From Auanema rhodensis (lineage: Eukaryota; Animalia; Nematoda): a DNA stretch of 64,000 nt. The position numbers and the translations under genes are program-made. The stretch spans positions 20,274,001 to 20,338,000 of the forward strand of contig OZ059896.1 of the NCBI GenBank assembly GCA_964057225.1. The letters are read 5' to 3'. Numbering within the stretch: the stretch's first letter is position 1; each line of letters opens with the position of its first letter. The notes below the pieces were generated by a model. The model had not been told where the DNA came from. It made no database searches and saw nothing but the letters and a program-made list of their open reading frames with translations. Shown one piece after another: positions 55,001 through 64,000 of the stretch.

Positions 55001-57706
55001 TCCATCGTCTTTGCCTTGAATAAAGGAATTTAAAAACATCTACTTTTTGCTAAATTATTTCGAAATTTTTCGAAAAAATTTTTGTCAAAATGTTTTTGGA
55101 AGCAATGTTGAGTGTACATGGAAACTCAACATACACTAATGCATCATTTTTCAAACGATCATAACTAATTTTTGTATTAAGCGTTTCTCAATGTAGTATA
55201 GTGCATTCAATGCGGATTTTTAAGCTGCGTCGATCTGCGTTATCAGATTTGCGCTAGCTTAAAAATGCACCGAGATATCAACTGATATAAGTTCACACTT
55301 ATATCCTCGATTTTCACCCTGAAGAATTAATTTTTTCGTTGAATAACACTGTCCATCGTCTTTGCTTTGAAAAATGGAATCTAAAAACATCTACTTTTTG
55401 CTAAATTATTTTGAAATTTTTCGAAAAAATTTTTGTCAAAATGTTTTTGGAAGCAATGTTGAGTGTACATGGAAACTCAACATACACTAATGCATCATTT
55501 TTCAAACGATCATAACTAATTTTTGTATTAAGCGTTTTTCAATGTAGTATAGTGCATTCGATGCGGATTTTTAAGCTGCGTCGATCTGTGTTATCAGATT
55601 TGCGCTAGCTTAAAAATGCACCAAGATATCAACTGATATAAGTTCACACTTATATCCTCGATTTTCACCCTAAAGAATTAATTTTTTCGTTGAATAACAT
55701 TGTCCATCGTCTTTGCCTTGAATAAAGGAATTTAAAAACATCTACTTTTTGCTAAATTATTTCGAAATTTTTCGAAAAAATTTTTGTCAAAATGTTTTTG
55801 GAAGCAATGTTGAGTGTACATGGAAACTCAACATACACTAATGCATCATTTTTCAAACGATCATAACTAATTTTTGTATTAAGCGTTTCTCAATGTAGTA
55901 TAGTGCATTCGATGCGGATTTTTAAGCTGCGTCGATCTGTGTTATCAGATTTGCGCTAGCTTAAAAATGCACCAAGATATCAACTGATATAAGTTCACAC
56001 TTATATCCTCGATTTTCACCCTAAAGAATTAATTTTTTCGTTGAATAACATTGTCCATCGTCTTTGCCTTGAATAAAGGAATCTAAAAACATCTACTTTT
56101 TGCTAAATTATTTCGAAATTTTTCGAAAAAATTTTTGTCAAAATGTTTTTGGAAGCAATGTTGAGTGTACATGGAAACTCAACATACACTAATGCATCAT
56201 TTTTCAAACGATCATAACTAATTTTTGTATTAAGCGTTTCTCAATGTAGTATAGTGCATTCGATGCGGATTTTTAAGCTGCGTCGATCTCTGTTATCAGA
56301 TTTGCGCTAGCTTAAAAATGCACCGAGATATCAACTGATATAAGTTCACACTTATATCCTCGATTTTCACCCTGAAGGAATAATTTTTTCGTTGAATAAC
56401 ATTGTCCATCGTCTTTGCCTTGAAAAAAGGAATCTAAAAACATCTACTTTTTGCTAAATTATTTTGAAATTTTTCGAAAAAATTTTTGTCAAAATGTTTT
56501 TGGAAGCAATGTTGAGTGTACATGGAAACTCAACATACACTAATGCATCATTTTTCAAACGATCATAACTAATTTTTGTATTAAGCGTTTTTCAATGTAG
56601 TATAGTGCATTCGATGCGGATTTTTAAGCTGCGTCGATCTGTGTTATCAGATTTGCGCTAGCTTAAAAATGCACCAAGATATCAACTGATATAAGTTCAC
56701 ACTTATATCCTCGATTTTCACCCTAAAGAATTAATTTTTTCGTTGAATAACATTGTCCATCGTCTTTGCCTTAAAAACTGGAATCTAAAAACATCTACTT
56801 TTTGCTAAATTATTTCGAAATTTTTCGAAAAAATTTTTGTCAAAATGTTTTTGGAAGCAATGTTGAGTGTACATGGAAACTCAACATACACTAATGCATC
56901 ATTTTTCAAACGATCATAACTAATTTTTGTATTAAGCGTTTTTCAATGTAGTATAGTGCATTCGATGCGGATTTTTAAGCTGCGTCGATCTGTGTTATCA
57001 GATTTGCGCTAGCTTAAAAATGCACCAAGATATCAACTGATATAAGTTCACACTTATATCCTCGATTTTCACCCTAAAGAATCAATTTTTTCGTTGAATA
57101 ACATTGTCCATCGTCTTTGCCTTGAATAAAGGAATTTAAAAACATCTACTTTTTGCTAAATTATTTCGAAATTTTTCGAAAAAATTTTTGTCAAAATGTT
57201 TTTGGAAGCAATGTTGAGTGTACATGGAAACTCAACATACACTAATGCATCATTTTTCAAACGATCATAACTAATTTTTGTATTAAGCGTTTCTCAATGT
57301 AGTATAGTGCATTCAATGAGGATTTTTAAGCTGCGTCGATCTGCGTTATCAGATTTGCGCTAGCTTAAAAATGCACCGAGATATCAACTGATATAAGTTC
57401 ACACTTATATCCTCGATTTTCACCCTGAAGAATTAATTTTTTCGTTGAATAACACTGTCCATCGTCTTTGCTTTGAAAAATGGAATCTAAAAACATCTAC
57501 TTTTTGCTAAATTATTTTGAAATTTTTCGAAAAAATTTTTGGAAGCAATGTTGAGTGTACATGGAAACTCAACATACACTAATGCATCATTTTTCAAACG
57601 ATCATAACTAATTTTTGTATTAAGCGTTTCTCAATGTAGTATAGTGCATTCGATGCGGATTTTTAAGCTGCGTCGATCTGTGTTATCAGATTTGCGCTAG
57701 CTTAAA

Positions 57707-60700
57707 AATGCACCGAGATATCAACTGATATAAGTTTACACTTATATCCTCGATTTTCACCCTGAAGAAATAATTTTTCCGTTGAATAACATTGTCCATC
57801 GTCTTTGCCTTGAAAAATGGAATCTAAAAACATCTACTTTTTGCTAAATTATTTTGAAATTTTTCGAAAAAATTTTTGTCAAAATGTTTTTGGAAGCAAT
57901 GTTGAGTGTACATGGAAACTCAACATACACTAATGCATCATTTTTCAAACGATCATAACTAATTTTTGTATTAAGCGTTTCTCAATGTAGTATGGTGCAT
58001 TCGATGCGGATTTTTAAGCTGCGTCGATCTCTGTTATCAGATTTGCGCTAGCTTAAAAATGCACCGAGATATCAACTGATATAAGTTCACACTTATATCC
58101 TCGATTTTCACCCTGAAGGAATAATTTTTTCGTTGAATAACATTGTCCATCGTCTTTGCCTTGAAAAAAGGAATCTAAAAACATCTACTTTTTGCTAAAT
58201 TATTTTGAAATTTTTCGAAAAAATTTTTGTCAAAATGTTTTTGGAAGCAATGTTGAGTGTACATGGAAACTCAACATACACTAATGCATCATTTTTCAAA
58301 CGATCATAACTAATTTTTGTATTAAGCGTTTCTCAATGTAGTATAGTGCATTCGATGCGGATTTTTAAGCTGCGTCGATCTGTGTTATCAGATTTGCGCT
58401 AGCTTAAAAATGCACCAAGATATCAACTGATATAAGTTTACACTTATATCCTCGATTTTCACCCTAAAGAATTAATTTTTTCGTTGAATAACATTGTCCA
58501 TCGTCTTTGCCTTGAATAAAGGAATCTAAAAACATCTACTTTTTGCTAAATTATTTCGAAATTTTTCGAAAAAATTTTTGTCAAAATGTCTTTGGAAGCA
58601 ATGTTGAGTGTACATGGAAACTCAACATACACTAATGCATCATTTTTCAAACGATCATAACTAATTTTTGTATTAAGCGTTTTTCAATGTAGTATAGTGC
58701 ATTCGATGCGGATTTTTAAGCTGCGTCGATCTGTGTTATCAGATTTGCGCTAGCTTAAAAATGCACCGAGATATCAACTGATATAAGTTTACACTTATAT
58801 CCTCGATTTTCACCCTGAAGAAATAATTTTTCCGTTGAATAACATTGTCCATCGTCTTTGCCTTGAAAAATGGAATCTAAAAACATCTACTTTTTGCTAA
58901 ATTATTTTGAAATTTTTCGAAAAAATTTTTGTCAAAATGTTTTTGGAAGCAATGTTGAGTGTACATGGAAACTCAACATACACTAATGCATCATTTTTCA
59001 AACGATCATAACTAATTTTTGTATTAAGCGTTTCTCAATGTAGTATAGTGCATTCGATGCGGATTTTTAAGCTGCGTCGATCTCTGTTATCAGATTTGCG
59101 CTAGATTAAAAATGCACCGAGATATCAACTGATATAAGTTCACACTTATATCCTCGATTTTCACCCTGAAGGAATAATTTTTTCGTTGAATAACATTGTC
59201 CATCGTCTTTGCCTTGAAAAAAGGAATCTAAAAACATCTACTTTTTGCTAAATTATTTTGAAATTTTTCGAAAAAATTTTTGTCAAAATGTTTTTGGAAG
59301 CAATGTTGAGTGTACATGGAAACTCAACATACACTAATGCATCATTTTTCAAACGATCATAACTAATTTTTGTATTAAGCGTTTCTCAATGTAGTATAGT
59401 GCATTCGATGCGGATTTTTAAGCTGCGTCGATCTGTGTTATCAGATTTGCGCTAGCTTAAAAATGCACCAAGATATCAACTGATATAAGTTTACACTTAT
59501 ATCCTCGATTTTCACCCTAAAGAATTAATTTTTTCGTTGAATAACATTGTCCATCGTCTTTGCCTTGAATAAAGGAATCTAAAAACATCTACTTTTTGCT
59601 AAATTATTTCGAAATTTTTCGAAAAAATTTTTGTCAAAATGTCTTTGGAAGCAATGTTGAGTGTACATGGAAACTCAACATACACTAATGCATCATTTTT
59701 CAAACGATCATAACTAATTTTTGTATTAAGCGTTTTTCAATGTAGTATAGTGCATTCGATGCGGATTTTTAAGCTGCGTCGATCTGTGTTATCAGATTTG
59801 CGCTAGCTTAAAAATGCACCGAGATATCAACTGATATAAGTTTACACTTATATCCTCGATTTTCACCCTGAAGAAATAATTTTTCCGTTGAATAACATTG
59901 TCCATCGTCTTTGCCTTGAAAAATGGAATCTAAAAACATCTACTTTTTGCTAAATTATTTTGAAATTTTTCGAAAAAATTTTTGTCAAAATGTTTTTGGA
60001 AGCAATGTTGAGTGTACATGGAAACTCAACATACACTAATGCATCATTTTTCAAACGATCATAACTAATTTTTGTATTAAGCGTTTCTCAATGTAGTATA
60101 GTGCATTCGATGCGGATTTTTAAGCTGCGTCGATCTCTGTTATCAGATTTGCGCTAGCTTAAAAATGCACCGAGATATCAACTGATATAAGTTCACACTT
60201 ATATCCTCGATTTTCACCCTGAAGGAATAATTTTTTCGTTGAATAACATTGTCCATCGTCTTTGCCTTGAAAAAAGGAATCTAAAAACATCTACTTTTTG
60301 CTAAATTATTTTGAAATTTTTCGAAAAAATTTTTGTCAAAATGTTTTTGGAAGCAATGTTGAGTGTACATGGAAACTCAACATACACTAATGCATCATTT
60401 TTCAAACGATCATAACTAATTTTTGTATTAAGCGTTTCTCAATGTAGTATAGTGCATTCGATGCGGATTTTTAAGCTGCGTCGATCTGTGTTATCAGATT
60501 TGCGCTAGCTTAAAAATGCACCAAGATATCAACTGATATAAGTTTACACTTATATCCTCGATTTTCACCCTAAAGAATTAATTTTTTCGTTGAATAACAT
60601 TGTCCATCGTCTTTGCCTTGAATAAAGGAATCTAAAAACATCTACTTTTTGCTAAATTATTTCGAAATTTTTCGAAAAAATTTTTGTCAAAATGTCTTTG

Positions 60701-60865
60701 GAAGCAATGTTGAGTGTACATGGAAACTCAACATACACTAATGCATCATTTTTCAAACGATCATAACTAATTTTTGTATTAAGCGTTTCTCAATGTAGTA
60801 TAGTGCATTCAATGCGGATTTTTAAGCTGCGTCGATCTGTGTTATCAGATTTGCGCTAGCTTAAA
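57707..60865 (-). repeat. 3-mer higher-order repeat (C-B-A)x3 in the inverted block
   Basis: 'tttCcgttg' at 57779, 58832, 59885 and 'atgtCtttgg' at 58590, 59643, 60696, each spaced exactly 1053 bp. Confidence 0.88.
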
Positions 60866-63800
60866 AATGCACCGAGATATCAACTGATATAAGTTCACAC
60901 TTATATCCTCGATTTTCACCCTAAAGAATTAATTTTTTCGTTGAATAACATTGTCCATCGTCTTTGCCTTGAAAAAAGGAATCTAAAAACATCTACTTTT
61001 TGCTAAATTATTTTGAAATTTTTCGAAAAAATTTTTGTCAAAATGTTTTTGGAAGCAATGTTGAGTGTACATGGAAACTCAACATACACTAATGCATCAT
61101 TTTTCAAACGATCATAACTAATTTTTGTATTAAGCGTTTCTCAATGTAGTATAGTGCATTCGATGCGGATTTTTAAGCTGCGTCGATCTGTGTTATCAGA
61201 TTTGCGCTAGCTTAAAAATGCACCAAGATATCAACTGATATAAGTTTACACTTATATCCTCGATTTTCACCCTAAAGAATTAATTTTTTCGTTGAATAAC
61301 ATTGTCCATCGTCTTTGCCTTGAATAAAGGAATCTAAAAACATCTACTTTTTGCTAAATTATTTCGAAATTTTTCGAAAAAATTTTTGTCAAAATGTCTT
61401 TGGAAGCAATGTTGAGTGTACATGGAAACTCAACATACACTAATGCATCATTTTTCAAACGATCATAACTAATTTTTGTATTAAGCGTTTCTCAATGTAG
61501 TATAGTGCATTCAATGCGGATTTTTAAGCTGCGTCGATCTGTGTTATCAGATTTGCGCTAGCTTAAAAATGCACCGAGATATCAACTGATATAAGTTCAC
61601 ACTTATATCCTCGATTTTCACCCTAAAGAATTAATTTTTTCGTTGAATAACATTGTCCATCGTCTTTGCCTTGAATAAAGGAATTTAAAAACATCTACTT
61701 TTTGCTAAATTATTCCGAAATTTTTCGAAAAAATTTTTGTCAAAATGTTTTTGGAAGCAATGTTGAGTGTACATGGAAACTCAACATACACTAATGCATC
61801 ATTTTTCAAACGATCATAACTAATTTTTGTATTAAGCGTTTCTCAATGTAGTATAGTGCATTCAATGCGGATTTTTAAGCTGCGTCGATCTGCGTTATCA
61901 GATTTGCGCTAGCTTAAAAATGCACCGAGATATCAACTGATATAAGTTCACACTTATATCCTCGATTTTCACCCTGAAGAATTAATTTTTTCGTTGAATA
62001 ACACTGTCCATCGTCTTTGCTTTGAAAAATGGAATCTAAAAACATCTACTTTTTGCTAAATTATTTTGAAATTTTTCGAAAAAATTTTTGGAAGCAATGT
62101 TGAGTGTACATGGAAACTCAACATACACTAATGCATCATTTTTCAAACGATCATAACTAATTTTTGTATTAAGCGTTTCTCAATGTAGTATAGTGCATTC
62201 GATGCGGATTTTTAAGCTGCGTCGATCTGTGTTATCAGATTTGCGCTAGCTTAAAAATGCACCGAGATATCAACTGATATAAGTTCACACTTATATCCTC
62301 GATTTTCACCCTGAAGAAATAATTTTTCCGTTGAATAACATTGTCCATCGTCTTTGCCTTGAAAAATGGAATCTAAAAACATCTACTTTTTGCTAAATTA
62401 TTTCGAAATTTTTCGAAAAAATTTTTGTCAAAATGTTTTTGGAAGCAATGTTGAGTGTACATGGAAACTCAACATACACTAATGCATCATTTTTCAAACG
62501 ATCATAACTAATTTTTGTATTAAGCGTTTCTCAATGTAGTATAGTGCATTCGATGCGGATTTTTAAGCTGCGTCGATCTGTGTTATCAGATTTGCGCTAG
62601 CTTAAAAATGCACCGAGATATCAACTGATATAAGTTCACACTTATATCCTCGATTTTCACCCTGAAGAATTAATTTTTTCGTTGAATAACACTGTCCATC
62701 GTCTTTGCCTTGAAAAATGGAATCTAAAAACATCTACTTTTTGCTAAATTATTTTGAAATTTTTCGAAAAAATTTTTGTCAAAATGTTTTTGGAAGCAAT
62801 GTTGAGTGTACATGGAAACTCAACATACACTAATGCATCATTTTTCAAACGATCATAACTAATTTTTGTATTAAGCGTTTTTCAATGTAGTATAGTGCAT
62901 TCGATGCGGATTTTTAAGCTGCGTCGATCTGTGTTATCAGATTTGCGCTAGCTTAAAAATGCACCAAGATATCAACTGATATAAGTTCACACTTATATCC
63001 TCGATTTTCACCCTAAAGAATTAATTTTTTCGTTGAATAACATTGTCCATCGTCTTTGCCTTGAATAAAGGAATCTAAAAACATCTACTTTTTGCTAAAT
63101 TATTTCGAAATTTTTCGAAAAAATTTTTGTCAAAATGTTTTTGGAAGCAATGTTGAGTGTACATGGAAACTCAACATACACTAATGCATCATTTTTCAAA
63201 CGATCATAACTAATTTTTGTATTAAGCGTTTCTCAATGTAGTATAGTGCATTCGATGCGGATTTTTAAGCTGCGTCGATCTCTGTTATCAGATTTGCGCT
63301 AGCTTAAAAATGCACCGAGATATCAACTGATATAAGTTCACACTTATATCCTCGATTTTCACCCTGAAGAATTAATTTTTTCGTTGAATAACATTGTCCA
63401 TCGTCTTTGCCTTGAAAAAAGGAATCTAAAAACATCTACTTTTTGCTAAATTATTTTGAAATTTTTCGAAAAAATTTTTGGAAGCAATGTTGAGTGTACA
63501 TGGAAACTCAACATACACTAATGCATCATTTTTCAAACGATCATAACTAATTTTTGTATTAAGCGTTTCTCAATGTAGTATAGTGCATTCGATGCGGATT
63601 TTTAAGCTGCGTCGATCTGTGTTATCAGATTTGCGCTAGCTTAAAAATGCACCGAGATATCAACTGATATAAGTTCACACTTATATCCTCGATTTTCACC
63701 CTGAAGAAATAATTTTTCCGTTGAATAACATTGTCCATCGTCTTTGCCTTGAAAAATGGAATCTAAAAACATCTACTTTTTGCTAAATTATTTCGAAATT

Positions 63801-64000
63801 TTTCGAAAAAATTTTTGTCAAAATGTTTTTGGAAGCAATGTTGAGTGTACATGGAAACTCAACATACACTAATGCATCATTTTTCAAACGATCATAACTA
63901 ATTTTTGTATTAAGCGTTTCTCAATGTAGTATAGTGCATTCGATGCGGATTTTTAAGCTGCGTCGATCTGTGTTATCAGATTTGCGCTAGCTTAAAAATG

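Larger units (their letters stand above)
40313..64000 (-). repeat. Same 351-bp satellite, inverted block (~68 monomers; open at the right window edge)
   Basis: From 40313 the sequence is the reverse complement of the monomer (e.g. 'cagatttgcgctagcttaaaaatgcacc'), starting at monomer position 237, with 351-bp periodicity apart from five 14-bp deletions. Confidence 0.99.

Noticed and set aside
1-64000. CRISPR array or other prokaryotic repeat system
   Set aside because: There are no unique spacers. The whole 351-bp unit repeats, with no cas genes or leader.

Overview
The whole window is one non-coding, AT-rich (about 31% GC in monomer 1) tandem satellite with a 351-bp monomer, about 183 copies, most differing by only a few substitutions. 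It looks like eukaryotic (peri)centromeric or heterochromatic satellite DNA, but I cannot assign the species or family. I found no genes, RNA genes, transposons or CRISPR. About 115 monomers run on + (1-40314) and about 68 run inverted (40313-64000), joined tail-to-tail at one junction with a 2-bp 'AA' microhomology. Variant typing by eye suggests a fold-back (hairpin or template-switch) event with a ~270-nt loop. The last 1.46 kb of the + arm carries rare variants otherwise seen only in the inverted arm and is a near-perfect mirror of 43730-45192. The monomer contains four dyad or hairpin elements, and both breakpoints lie in or beside them. Rare variants reveal nested local higher-order repeats (3-, 4-, 5-, 8-, 9-mer) and a 19-monomer-spaced duplication. 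All typing was manual, so 'absent' statements need computational confirmation.
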